Notes: generated by a model not told the origin, from the letters alone. Counted from the whole stretch's first letter, positions 11,787-24,304 are shown. The stretch: DNA of 62,988 nucleotides, filler included, from Olpidium bornovanus S191 (GCA_017911155.1; 34 parts of 34 records of this genome joined end to end with filler, not necessarily neighbours in it), one strand, 5' to 3'. Translations and numbers: made by a program.

Positions 11787-12629
11787 TGGTTGCAGGCTCA
11801 AAACGCGGGCTTGGACGTCATCAACAAGCTTTTTGATGGCGACTTCCCTTTGGCTTCCTTTCTATCATACTACGCAGTTCCCTGCTCATCCGAGATTCGA
11901 ACCTTTTAGATCGCTGCTCCGTTCATAGCATCCTTCTTCGATAAGGCTTCGTTGATGTGAATATGTGCGGTTGCCCTCCCATATGGTATCTTCCCAAACG
12001 GCACGCCTGAGGTAACCCGCAATGGTCAACCCTGGATCTTGAACTGTCGCCTAGTGCGGGACTGCTTCTTCGCTGTGGCGGAGCAAATTTCAAAGGAGTG
12101 TCTTTACATTTGTTGCACCGGCCACCTCACATTTTCTGCAACACCAACGCACCTGGCTCGCTGCAGCAAACCCTGGTCCTGTGTCTTCCATATAGGATGA
12201 GCGGGCAGGTTCCTTGTAACCAGCGAATGTATGGAAACATGANNNNNNNNNNNNNNNNNNNNNNNNNNNNNNNNNNNNNNNNNNNNTTAATTAATTAANN
12301 NNNNNNNNNNNNNNNNNNNNNNNNNNNNNNNNNNNNNNNNNNCATGCCCATACGGCTTCTGTATGGCGTACGCTAGTTTGTTTTGTTATGTGTATCTACA
12401 TTAATTATCGAATTGGTATATAATAATTTTTCTTATGTTTAAATTAGCAGTTGTTGTCCTCGTTTATATAGAATTAGTCGCCCAATCCCGCGGCTACTTC
12501 ACCAATTTCTGGGGTTTTTACCCCGATTTTAAGGGTTTATTCTTTTTTTTCCCAGAAAAACAAATGGTGAAGGGAGCTTGTCAATCACCTCCACGCGGCG
12601 CTCCCTGGGCAACGGAATCTGTTCCTGTA

Positions 12630-13560
12630 GAACCGGCTGAGTGTGACATCTACGAGGGAATGCCTCACTCTCGTAGGATAATCCCGGAAAAAAAAAAAAA
12701 AAACAAAACAAAGGTTACCACCCGTCACGCGGAGGGCGAGGCGCCAGGAATCTGAACTGGGCAAACAAGCGAGAAACTTCGGCCAACAGATCGTCTGGAC
12801 GACTGACGCGCGCAACGAAATCTGTAGTGGTCTCGAAGGCCATTGCACTCAGCTGTCCTTGGATGACGTCGGGCAGCCTGATAACTTGGGCAGCACGGTT
12901 GCTGACGGTTGGGTAGGGGTTGATGGACATTGCGACACACCCGACAAGCCAGCTGATCCACCCGACGCCGTTGTATTATTCGTTAGTGGACAGCCCCGGG
13001 GAGAACCTTGTTTGGGTGTTCAGCGCCGCCGCTGCATTCTTCAGCCACGTCTCCGAGGAGGACCCGCCGAAAGCGGTCATCTACTTTATCCCCCAGAAGG
13101 TGCGCCTGGAGAAGCTCCGGACTCTCCGTGACCTCGTCGCCGACGCAAACAGCCGGGATGCCCCGGAGCACGAGGAGCCTTTTGAGCCGGTCCCGGACGT
13201 TCCCGAGGAAATCATCGACGACGGGACTATCCGCGATTTCTTGAAAGAGATACAGTCTTCGCTGTTCTGGTCCCAGAAGAAAAAAAAAAAAAGCTTGTGC
13301 CGGGAAAGAGCTCGCGTGCGGCGCTGTCGACGTTGGCAAAAGAGAGTGTTTCATTTTGTTGGGCTAAAGGCAGAGTGGAATGCGGACACTGGCCTCCTAG
13401 CCGGTTCCCTGGCCGCTTTTCCTGCAGCCGAAAACGGCCCCGCTCACGCGTTTTCTCGCCGCAAGGAGCGGGAAGCACAGACGATGACGTGCGATTGCCC
13501 TCGATGGATACGCGGATGGGCTGGATGGCCGTGAAGCGGAAGGCGCACAAAAGATATTAA
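12630..13560 (+). CDS. Hypothetical multi-exon protein, 3' part
   Basis: Exon-like segments IVWTTDARNEICSGLEGHC..., LVDSPGENLVWVFSAAAAFF...IRDFLKEIQSSLF and ...MGWMAVKRKAHKRY* with GC-rich codon usage. No family recognised. Confidence 0.5.
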
Positions 13561-13705
13561 ATTACCGCCGTCATCTCTGCAATGACGATTACANNNNNNN
13601 NNNNNNNNNNNNNNNNNNNNNNNNNNNNNNNNNNNNNTTAATTAATTAANNNNNNNNNNNNNNNNNNNNNNNNNNNNNNNNNNNNNNNNNNNNCATGATT
13701 CGTCA

Positions 13706-14885
13706 TCAGGCGTCGTCGTCGTCGTCGTCATAACGCGCCCCGGCTGCATATAGGCCGCTCCGACTTTTCAGACAGTGCGCCACGGGAAGCGGTACATTAC
13801 CCAGAGCCCAGAGGATGGAACCGACGATCATCCCGTTCCGGACGTGAAAGGCCAAGCGACCGTCGGCCAAAATTGCCTTGACGAGGGAGGCAACCGAGTA
13901 CACGAGCACCAAAGCGAATAGCGCAGACTTGGCGACGGCGAAGGCGAGGAACGGTTTGGAACGGAGCTGAGCGGTGGAACCGTCGGTGCCTGTACCCAGG
14001 GGTGGTGGCGGGGTGCGGTGGGGATAAGTGGGGCCAGACGTTTTTTTTTTTTTTGGTTTGGAACGCACTTTTAGCGGGTTCCGCTGACGAAGTAATCACC
14101 GTCACTGACAATTCGCCCCGCGGTAGTGACCGCGGCAAAAAGAGAGCCGGAGAGCCGTTGATCACCAACCTCATGACGAGGTCTGGCGACACCCGGCAGA
14201 CCCACTTACGGCTGGTGACAGTCAAGGTCAGTGTCCCGTTTTGGCCGTCACCGGAGGCGTCCATGGCGTCTAACAGCGCCTCCATGGTGACGTCGTCCAC
14301 GCCGGTCATGATCACGCGGCTGCTGTGAAAAGACGCGAAGAACGCGCTCGGCGCCAGAAAAAACGGGTCCTTGCAACACGATTCTGAGAGCGGGCTGTTT
14401 GAGATGATCGCCACGTCCGGGACCTGGATCACCGGCATCGCGGCGCCGTTCGCGGCGCCCTCGCCGCTGCACCCGGAGCCTTTGCCGCGGCGGCCGTCGC
14501 CAGGGGCCGGGCTGCTCCAGCAGTTTGATCTCATTAGGTGTTTGTAGGCGCGGCAGCCCGCGGCCCGCGCCTCCGCCCACGGGACCAGCAGGGCGAGCTT
14601 CGGGGCGGCCGGCGCCCGCGGCTCCGCGGCCGTCACGCCGCCGAGCTTGCAGGCGGTGAAGCGGTCGCCCCGGGTGAGCGGGCGGAACATCGCCCTGGCC
14701 ACGGTCACGTTGGACATGCCGTACTCGTCGACGCTCAGGTTCGGGAAGTCGACGTTCTTGTACTCTTCCCCGGTCAGCTCGTTGTGTATGGCGGCCAGCG
14801 CCGCGACCGCCGCGGAGACCGCGACGACGATCCCCGCGCGCGCGGAGGCCGCGAAGGCGGCGCGCCGCGCTCTTTTCGCCGGCAT
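13706..14885 (-). CDS. Hypothetical membrane protein: N-terminal hydrophobic segment, Cys-containing (PA-like?) ectodomain, two C-terminal TM helices
   Basis: MPAKR...AGIVVAVSAAVAALAA; ALLVPWAEARAAGC; hydrophobic FLAFAVAKSALFALVLVYSVASLV and MIVGSILWALG. One intron near 14000-14070. Confidence 0.6.
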
Positions 14886-16159
14886 TTCAGGAGCGCCGCG
14901 GATCGAAGGGACGGATACGGAGAGGAACGGGCACCCGCTCCACCCCGGCGGACGGCGAACGAAACGAAACGAAGCGAACGACGGCGGCGGCGACACGCGG
15001 GTGACGCGCGGGCGACGTGCGGGCGACGCGCGGGCGCAAAAGGGGGGCGCAGCAAAGGGGGGTGGGCGGAGGAAACATCGTAATTTTTTCTTCGCGGCGC
15101 ACGCGTTCCCCCTTCCCCCCCCCCCAAGGAGAATAATGCGTGGTTTGGGCTAAATTGCTTCCACATCTCAAACCACCCCTGGTCGCCCGCACGCGCGCAA
15201 ACAGGCACGCACGACAGCAGCAACAATCGTTTTTCTTCCTCCGCCGCAGCTTCCCCGGAAGGGTATCCGGCCTCACATTAACGTTTCAAACAAAAAATGC
15301 ACACGACGTGAATTTCGGCCTTCCCACCACCATCGCTCCCCTCGTGCCGAGTCAAATTGTTTTATTTTCACGTTTACGGAAGTTTAATGGCCGGCGGGGG
15401 GTATGCGGGTGGGGGGGGAAAGCGGGNNNNNNNNNNNNNNNNNNNNNNNNNNNNNNNNNNNNNNNNNNNNTTAATTAATTAANNNNNNNNNNNNNNNNNN
15501 NNNNNNNNNNNNNNNNNNNNNNNNNNCTCTAACCACCTCACATCGGGCCTTAGTAGTCTGACTACCAGGTGGTTGTCTCCAATTACGCAGTCAGGGGCAT
15601 AGATCCCGTCTACGTAATGAGTCGTAATCATCATTTTACTTTACATGTGCGAAGTGCATATCTTCCCGCTAAGTTTCAGAAGAGGAACAAGCTGCCAATT
15701 AAGAGGAAAAGCAAGCTTGGCTGGCCGGCGTTGAAGCAGCGAGTCATCCATTCTGAGTTTGTTCCCCACCGGAATCCCCTCTCGTTCACGGGCGCTTACC
15801 CTGAGCGTCTCGGAGATGTGAGGGAGCATATTATCCAGGCCAGTGCCGCAATCCGTTGAAACAGAAACAAGAAAAAACAATTGAAAGAGGTTACCCACCT
15901 TGCGCTAAACGTTTTCTCGCGAAAGCGCGAACTGCGTTGTAAGGCGGGGTTGTTGGTTTTCTGGGGAAAAGGTGGATGGAATGTTTCGCCTCTGGGAACC
16001 AGCCAACGCAGCCGGGTGGGTGGGTGGTGGGATGGGCGGGAGGGGGAAGTTGGAGATCGGCTCCCGGCGCACCCCTTCTGCCGAGCACATCCCACGCGCT
16101 TCCCCGGCGGACTGCCGAGGCGACAAAAGCGCGTCCCGGTCCACGTCCCGTTCCCTCCC

Positions 16160-16895
16160 ATGGCAATAGAAGACCACGCGCTTGCCGCAGGGGGTGCGTC
16201 GGTGGCCTACGTGACTTCTGAAGACACGCGCTTCCCGGCAGATGCGGTCCTCGACGGGTACGGCCGACGCAGACAATCCTTGCGCCTCGCGCGGCTCTTG
16301 CACCGCGCAACACACATCTAGGTGTCCGGCCGACCGTGTGGGCCCTACAGCCCTGCTGACTCACCGGACCGCGTTTCGTGACGCTCCGGCAGGTCTACAA
16401 AGACCTACTGGGTGAGCACGGGGCTGTACCCCCAAGAGATCGTGATCACGCTGCCGTACCCAGTCAAGATCACAAGGATCGGGATATGGTCTCTGAGAGG
16501 TCTGCAACTTGCGCGCCGGCGGTCAACGGGAGGGGCCGGTTAAGCCTCTCACAACGAAGGGCGAGCCGCAGAGTACTGACGCGCTGCCGCGCGCGACCGG
16601 GGAATGGAAAAAAAAAACAGTCCACAAGATCACAATAGAAAGCACTGCGGATGTCAAACCCGGCGCGTTCGAGAGTATTGCGGAGACGGAGATCGCCCCG
16701 CCGGACCCGTTCTCGTCTTCTCACGATCACGACCACGTCCAGGTGGTATCGCTGCGGCCGTCGAGGGAGGCGTCTGAGCCCGCCCGGCAGGTCAGGTTAG
16801 TCATCAGCAGCGGGTTCTCGGACATCTGCGGAATATGCAAGATATTGATAGGTGGGGACAAGGTATCCGTCGAGAGCCCGCCGGCGCGAGAATAG
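16160..16895 (+). CDS. IFT25: Intraflagellar transport protein 25 (IFT-B; HSPB11), 3 exons, apparently complete
   Basis: MAIEDHALAAGGASVAYVTSEDTRFPADAVLDG|STKTYWVSTGLYPQEIVITL...|VHKITIEST...VRLVISSGFSDICGI matches the IFT25 pattern (ATSSDEKHPPENIIDGNPETFWTTTGMFPQEFII...RFIIVSAFDHF). Confidence 0.9.
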
Positions 16896-18335
16896 CGGAC
16901 GTTTTAGTTCCCAGGGCGGGGCTCAACGAGAAAGGCGGGAGAAATCATTTGCGCTGCGGGTTTGCCGCGGCAACGGCCCGACAGACCCGTGCCCCGGGAT
17001 TTCTGCAATGTGGCCGCAGGTCGGAGAGGACGGATGCGCAGAAGAATTTTATTTGAAGCAAAAATTCGAACAGCGTACCGTTGCTTGAGACCTGTGGAAA
17101 GTTGTACTGAGTTTACACCCAGCAGGCATTCTCCACTTTGCAAAAGGTGTTGACTGCTGGTCAGCACCAAATGTTGCGATGCGACCTGGCCAGTTAAATA
17201 CCCCCGTAAGATATCTTGAGAGTGCCGTGGTTAAATACTGCATTTTATCCGTTGCGACCTCGCTTGACACGTGTTTGAATATGTGCGCAGCTGCCGTCTG
17301 CAATCACCGGTTGTTTTTTTAACCATTCAGTACGCTGTTGGTGCTTCGCCCACTTCAGCTCCGCACAGCAGCTCGCGGCTCAGAGATTTCAGGCCATATT
17401 ATCCGTTTCAGAAAGCAAGAGAGAAGGAGTAAGCATGANNNNNNNNNNNNNNNNNNNNNNNNNNNNNNNNNNNNNNNNNNNNTTAATTAATTAANNNNNN
17501 NNNNNNNNNNNNNNNNNNNNNNNNNNNNNNNNNNNNNNAGCAGAGCAATTTGCACTATGCTGGGCGTCTCTTCCGGCAGTATACATAATCAAAAATTACA
17601 TCACGGCCAAGACAGAGCGCTAAGGCTATATCTGTGGAAAAGCGGGATGCGAATTCATGCAGGAATTTATCATGGCCTGCAAGACATCGTGGCCGCCGTG
17701 AAAACAAACCTGCAAAGGATTGGAAAGCGGGTTGCCCTCCCATCTTTATTCATGGCCAGCTTCATACAGAGTCCCGGGCATGGTTTGCCGTGGGTATCTT
17801 CCGGGGGCAGGAATGCCCGGCGGGTTGTTGGCATAGTCACGCGGATCGGAAGAAGGGAGCGCCTGTCCATGGCAGTTCCTCTCTCTCGCGTGGGAAAAGC
17901 GCCGACGGGCGGGGTTTTGTTCCCTTTTTTTGCCGCCGGCGGGGCGGCTGTCTCCTTTGTGCCCTGCGCCGAAGACGGCTTTTATGTGCCGTTGGGCAAA
18001 GGTCTCATTTTTACGCCGACGGGCGGCGATCTCTTGCGTCGAGGTTGGCGTCTTTTTTCCTTTTTGCGCCGACGGCAGCGGCTTCTACGCACCGACGGAC
18101 GGCGATTGTGTGCGCTGCGCCGGGGTTTGCTTCTTGTGCGCTGCGCCGAGGGCGGGGACCTCGTGAATTTTTTTTTTTTTTTTTTTTTTTTTGCGAGTTA
18201 CATGTTTGTGTTTTTTCGGGACGGAAAGACAACCGGTCGGGCTCATGAACCTGCTGAATTCGGGATTTTCGGGTTCGGAAGAAGTCCTCCGGGAAGCTGC
18301 TCTCTGTTCCGAGATCCTGCGCTCTTTTTAGTTGC

Positions 18336-20186
18336 ATGAGAGGAGGATTTCAGCGCAGCGCTCTGTCTCCCTCGCGAGCGCCTGAACCCTGCGTTTCAGC
18401 ATGCCTGCCGCCGTACGTCACGAGACGCGGCGGCGGTTTCCACGCTTCTTGGCCTTGCTCGCTTAAGATGCCGAGCTTCCCCGCCGGCAGCAGAGACGGT
18501 TCATCGTCGACGTGCTCTGAGGGTCATTCGCCCGGGCGCTTATCGCCCGTCCCTCCCGGCTTGGTCGCGCGGTACCCGTCGCGTTCACGCGCGGCGCCCG
18601 TCGTCCCTCCTGCCCTCGGACATTATCTCCCTGGGCACCCCCCCCTCCCCTCCTCCGCCCACCCCGAGCGCCTCCGCGGGAGGAGTGTCACCGCGCCTAC
18701 GCGAGATCCAACCGAACGAATGTCTGCTGGCCCCAGAGATTCCGCGACGCCGTCCGCAACCCGCGCAGACGCCGCCGCGGACGTCGTCCTCGACCCGTCT
18801 TCCAGCCTCAAGGGCCAATCGGACTGCGCCGCGCGCGTTGACCTCGACGGGACGCCGTCTGCTCATACACAACGGCGGCGGCGCGGCGGAGCCCGCGACG
18901 CAGCGGAGACGACCGGCGACGCCGACGTGTTTGGCGGCGTTCCCAGGGTTAACGGTGAACGTTTCGGGAAACCTGCCGGCGCGGAGACATCGACCGAAAA
19001 CAGGCAGTCCCGGAGGTGTGCAGCGTGCAAACATCGTTTTACAAGTCAGGGCCCGGCCGGCGTGCCAGATGCGAACCGCACTGGTCAGGCAGATCGTCCG
19101 GCGTCGTTCTCTGCCAAGCGCGTTTCTGCATCTGCGAACTGCCGTGCACCGGCCAAGCGCATCCGCCTGCCGTCTTCGCTCACCGACGAGCCGCAGCAGC
19201 AAGACCATCCGGCAGCCCGGGAGCAGGTTGCCAAGCAGTACCGCAAGGTATACGCGTTCGGCCGAAGTCGGTTCGGGTTTTGACCTGCCGCTCTGTCTGC
19301 CACTGTGTTTGACGCGTGTCGCAGTGTCCCGTATGCGGCGCGCCGTGCGCAGTCGCCTTTTTCTCGGGCCCGACGCTCGCCGAACCCCGTCGACCGTCGC
19401 GCGGCGCCGCGCGCAGAAAACAGAACCAAAGCCCTTCCGGAACGTCGAAGCGCTCGACGCGCAGCGCGTCGCGGAGCAGCTTCTGCGTCTCCCCGCCGGA
19501 CTTCTCGTTTGTCCTCGAAGACTTCGACCCGCTGGCGCGCGCGGGATCTCCGTCGCCTATCCCGCCACTCGTCGGCGGGGTCGAAGCGGAACAGCCTGCC
19601 GGCTCTAACGGTCGGAGAGCGGACCCCGAAGCCGTTAACGGTGCGCGCCCACCAGAGGCGGCGGACTTATCAGTACAACTGCAAGGGAAGCAGCAGGACA
19701 AGCGGCCGCGTTATTCCCTCGGAACGGAAATGTCCCACCTTACCGTCGACGGGGCGAATTTTCCGAGTTCCATCCTGCCCGTCCAGACCGAAGAGATTTC
19801 CTCTGCTGCAGCACTTTCGGCACCGCCAGCGGAGAGCCAAACTCAAACGTCGGAACGCGGCTCCCGCACGTGCGTGGACATGAAGGCCGGAGCCACGAAA
19901 ATCGGCTTTGACAGCGACGGAGACCGGCGTGGTGATGCCGGCGCGGGGATCCGTGATGATTCGAGGGATTTCCCTCTCCTGACGCGGAGTGAGCACACAC
20001 TCGGACGCGTACGGCAGCCAACAGGTCACCATGTGGCTGAAGGCTAACTGGGCTCTTCCCCTAGGCATGCTCTATCATACCGCAGAAGCCTCCGACGTCA
20101 CAAGGATGTATAGGCCGTTGGTTCGAAAGAGAGTGCGGACTGCCCTGGGCAGGATTCTCCGCGCGCTGCGAGGGCAGGCCGGTTTC
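18336..20186 (+). CDS. Hypothetical multi-exon protein with CxxC pairs (CAACK, CPVCG), 3'-truncated
   Basis: Long consecutive ORFs 18336-19283 and 19316-20047, and a globular-looking terminal segment VTMWLKANWALPLGMLYHTAEASDVTRMYRPLV. No family recognised. Confidence 0.4.
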
Positions 20187-20466
20187 NNNNNNNNNNNNNN
20201 NNNNNNNNNNNNNNNNNNNNNNNNNNNNNNTTAATTAATTAANNNNNNNNNNNNNNNNNNNNNNNNNNNNNNNNNNNNNNNNNNNNCATGGTGAGCGGGC
20301 TGGCTCCGGAAAGCTGAGCTCAGGGGTCCCGAATTGGACAACGTTGTTAGAGGTTACAGGAAGGTCCCGGCCATATTGTCGAAAAGAGCGCCCAGACAGG
20401 CAGTCGCACTTCACGTTGGACTGACCAACGCAGATAGGCCGCACGCGCATCACGCCGCGGGGCGTA

Positions 20467-20532
20467 TCACGTGACGAGTGTCGCCGCCGCCGGGCGAGCG
20501 TGCAGCGGGGAAATCCAATTGGGTCACGTGAC
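20467..20532. promoter_or_regulatory. Two E-box/CDEI-type palindromes (TCACGTGA, GTCACGTGAC) flanking a CCAAT box
   Basis: TCACGTGA at 20467-20474, CCAAT at 20515-20519 and GTCACGTGAC at 20523-20532 in a GC-rich non-coding contig. Confidence 0.55.
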
Positions 20533-20682
20533 CGGGGCGGGAGCGGCGTGTGTGCCCGGCCGGAGACGTGCGTGCCATTTTAGACGCGCGCGAAAACCAA
20601 GGAAAAAAAAACAAAAAAACGGTAACTTTTCAGAGCTAAATTAGACTCGGCGCCTTCTTTCCCCGCGGAGACGCGGACGCCG

Positions 20683-20684
<2 letters not shown>

Positions 20685-20728
<44 letters not shown>
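20685..20728. repeat. (GA)n microsatellite
   Basis: About 22 uninterrupted GA units. Confidence 0.97.
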
Positions 20729-20733
<5 letters not shown>

Positions 20734-20753
20734 CCTCCCCGCGCTGGGAAACA

Positions 20754-20888
20754 TACGTGGTAACAAAGCACACGTACGCCGGCCGAGAGGACGAGAAAGC
20801 CGACGCTGCCCGCAGAACGCCGCTTCCCTGGCCCCGGAGAAAAAGGGCGGGAGGGAAGCGGGAGTACGTGGTAACGCGGCGCACGTAC
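20754..20888. promoter_or_regulatory. Two copies of the spaced palindrome TACGTG-GTAAC-N6-CACGTAC
   Basis: 20754-20777 tacgtggtaacaaagcacacgtac and 20865-20888 tacgtggtaacgcggcgcacgtac: same arms, same GTAAC, same spacing, different N6. Confidence 0.6.
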
Positions 20889-22479
20889 CAAGGCCTGCGG
20901 TGCCCGAGGGGCGGGCGCGCGGGCGCCGCCCGAGAAAATTAACAATGCCCGGGGCCGGACGGGGTCGGCCGAAAACTCGCGGCGGGCCGAACGGAGAGCG
21001 CCTCCCGATACGCCGCCGACGAGCCGGAGAAAAAGCTTGGCGTCGTCAACCCGCTTTTTCCCCACCCCTTCCCAACCCCGCAAATACCGCCGCGCAAAAA
21101 CGGTTTTTTTTTGCCCTTGATCGGTTGGGACCGGAGGACGCCCAGGACTTCGTTCGTGTTTGCGTCGTTATATTTTCGCTCCCTTGTTTTTCTTAAAATT
21201 TCTCTCAAATTGCAAAGATTCTCTTCGCTTTTTTTAGGCGGCGCGCGGCTTTGGGACGCGTCCCCCCTCCTCCCCACCCCCTGCGCCCGACGCGCGTTGC
21301 CCCGGCGAAATCGCGCGTTGCCCAGCCCAGCGTCTGGCGGCCTTGTGTCTGAAATCGCCGCGGGGACCGTTTTTACCGTCGATTGCCCGGAATCGGGGTG
21401 GGGGCCACGCTTCGACCCGTCCATCGTTGTCTGCGTCGCGAATCCCTTTATCTCAAATCAAAAAAAAAAAACAATAACGGGGGGCCGGTCTACTTCCGGA
21501 AAACCTCGCAGCCTTTCGGACACGTCCCACCCGCCTCAGCGAAAGATCGGAAACCGGACGGCCTAGCCGACCGAACCAAACGCGCACGCGACAAAATGCC
21601 GCGGAGATCCGACCAGTGCCAGACAACGAGGAGCAGGCAGGGAGGCAGATGTCGAAGCGATGTAAGAAAAACCATTATCGGGGACGGAGCGGTCAGGCCC
21701 AAAAAGCCGGCCGGCATCACCTCCTTCATAATATTCCGATACCAGGCTCAATCGCATCGCCGATGCACAGACAGTTTACCCGCCGTCGACAGTTGGTAAA
21801 CTGCCTTTGTCGGAAGGAGCGTGTGCCGGAGGGAGGGGCGAAAAGGGAGGGGGGGGGGGCGCGGGCGGGGGCGGGGGGGGAAATTATTTAGAACGTGGAC
21901 AGAGTCGAGTAGAAAAAATTTTCTTTTCGGGCGCGGCAACAGGTTGAGCAGGGAATAGTTTGTCACGCACCTGGCAGACAAGCCGGGCGAGGANNNNNNN
22001 NNNNNNNNNNNNNNNNNNNNNNNNNNNNNNNNNNNNNTTAATTAATTAANNNNNNNNNNNNNNNNNNNNNNNNNNNNNNNNNNNNNNNNNNNNCATGTGT
22101 CTCCGCGGTCAATCGTACGGTTTCGGACGTTACAAATTGATCCGCTTCTTGGCTGCCTTTTAGGCAAGACGTCGCGCGCGCACGAAACACAACCCGGCCC
22201 AAGTTGTATCGTGATATCAAACAAAAGGTACCGAGACCTACGTCATCCTCGGGGTCGCAAGGCGCAGATAGAAGCCACGATCGGGCAGGCGGCTTTGAAA
22301 ACTCATAAAATAGGGGTGACTGAGCAAAGGAGACAACGAAACCAAAAAGGAAAAAAAAAAAAAAAAAAAAAAAAAGACGACGGAAGGCGGGCGTGTTAGT
22401 AGTCGACCGTGCCGTTTTGAGCTTTCCCGGGAGGGGGAAGGGGTGGGGGTGGTGTGTGTGTGTGTCGGTGGGAAATGCC

Positions 22480-23132
22480 TACTTTCATAGAAAAGGGCGA
22501 CGTTTGTGCTGTGACCTTCCCAGCCACGGTTCCCCGACGTCGTAATCATATATCTACAGGTGACATCGATAACTTTTGGCAGCGGAAGTTCCGTCACGGA
22601 AAAGTAAGTCAACGCTGAATGGGTTGGGCAAACGTCATCCGGTCTTATTGGAAATCGAAAACGTTTCTGTTGGGCCGTGTCGGGAAATCGACGCAAAAAA
22701 AAAAAAAAAAAAAAGGCCGAGAAAAGGATACAGATTTGGGAGACGACTCCTCCATGATTGCCCGGCACGATGACGAACGGCACGGGCAATTTGCTTCGGC
22801 CACCTGGGGCAGACCCTTCGGTGGAGCCCATAGTCAGGTTCCAAAGCCGAATGTTGTCGTGCGACGCGCTGGTTCCATCCCACAAATAATGCGCAAATGA
22901 AAAAAAAAAAAAAAAAGGTTGAGCGCTCTGATTCCGCTCCAGAAAACTTACGCCGGCAAGGCTGAAGTGGCAGCCGAGTAAAACCTTACCAGACCAGGTG
23001 CTTGTTGCTCGGCATGGCCGCGACGCAGGACACTGGGCCTGAGTTCGCTGGAAGTCGCAGGCTGCGGACGTACTTGCCTTGGCCAAAGTCATACTCGTCG
23101 ACTGCACGGGACCGGCGAAAACGGGCAGCAGA
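22480..23132 (-). CDS. SPT8: SAGA subunit Spt8 (WD40), C-terminal fragment
   Basis: SASHDNIRLWNL...VPFVIVPGNHGGVVSQI...CRYMITTSGNRGWEGHSTNVALFYE matches the yeast Spt8 C-terminus (VPFLIIPGHHGG...ISTSGNRGWQG.ST). Confidence 0.9.
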
Positions 23133-23250
23133 NNNNNNNNNNNNNNNNNNNNNNNNNNNNNNNNNNNNNNNNNNNNTTAATTAATTAANNNNNNNNNNNN
23201 NNNNNNNNNNNNNNNNNNNNNNNNNNNNNNNNGGGGGGGGGGGGGGGGGG

Positions 23251-23337
<87 letters not shown>

Positions 23338-23808
23338 AGCGGCGCGGGGCGGGCGGGTTTCCTTTTTCTGCCAGGCGCGCGGGGGGAAGACTTCAAACCC
23401 CCCCCCTTCCACCCGCACGCAAGCACGCAGGCTCCACGCAGGATCCCAAAACCGCCGACGCACCTCCCCGCAGGCCGCTGCCCCGGCTCGGCCCGCACGC
23501 CCGCCGGACCGCCCGTCGGGTTTCCCGTTCGACCCCCGCCCCGAAGCGGCCAGCGGACCCCACGCTTTCATACCCACCCCGCGCTCCTCCTCACGAAGGT
23601 GCCCGGGGTTCCGTTCTGACGGAATAATCACCCCGAGCCGCGGGAGGGAACGGGGGAGTTTGGAAAGAACGGGAAAAGGAGAGAAAGAGGAGGGGCGGGG
23701 GGGACGTGGAGGGGAAAGGCGAAGGGACAAAGAGAGGGGAGGAGAAAGGCAGGGGAGGGGGAAAGGGGGGCGAGGTCGGGGGAGGGGCTGGCCCGGCCGT
23801 TCGGCTCG

Positions 23809-24120
23809 ATGGCGTCCGCGGCGAGCCACCTCGCCAACTCGAGGGCGGTTCTGGCGGTGTTCGAGAAGTACCAGAAGGAGCGGCTGTTCTTCGTCCAGAC
23901 GATCGCGGACCACGCGTCCCGCGAGTCGAACATCGAGGTCCTCCAGTCCGCGGGCGTCATGTCCCTGCTCCGCCCGCTGCTGCTGGACAACGTCCCCGCC
24001 ATCCAGCAGGCGGCCGCCCTGGCCCTCGGCCGGCTGGCCAATTACAACGAGGAGCTGGCGGTGGCGGTCGTCGACGGGGACATCCTGCCCCAGCTGGTGT
24101 ATTCGCTGTCTGAACAGAAC
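23809..24120 (+). CDS. SPAG6: PF16/SPAG6 central-pair armadillo protein, first coding exon
   Basis: VLAVFEKYQKERLFFVQ...NIEVLQSAGVMSLLRPLLLDNVPAIQQAAALALGRLANYNEELAVAVVDGDILPQLVYSLSEQN|gtgag is near-identical in pattern to the SPAG6 N-terminus. Confidence 0.96.
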
Positions 24121-24248
24121 GTGAGCGCGGGGGAGCCGGGGAGGGGAGGGGGAGGAAGGAAGGGGTGGGGTGGGTTCGGAGGTGTGCGAGTGGCCAAACC
24201 GACTTTTCGTTTCTTCTCAGAGGAGGCGAAAGCCCCTCCCCCCGCCCG

Positions 24249-24304
<56 letters not shown>

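Noticed and set aside
15641-15830. Possible divergent gene upstream of IFT25 (MLPHISETLR|gtaagc)
   Set aside because: The nearest acceptor gives an immediate in-frame stop and no family was recognised, so it is unsupported.
23181-23913. Poly-Pro and poly-Gly ORFs here and at 28699-28881, 37170-37458, 38965-39687, 46247-46793 and 55473-55874 (formin/extensin-like)
   Set aside because: They are translations of G/C homopolymer tracts in introns or at contig ends, with no flanking domain.
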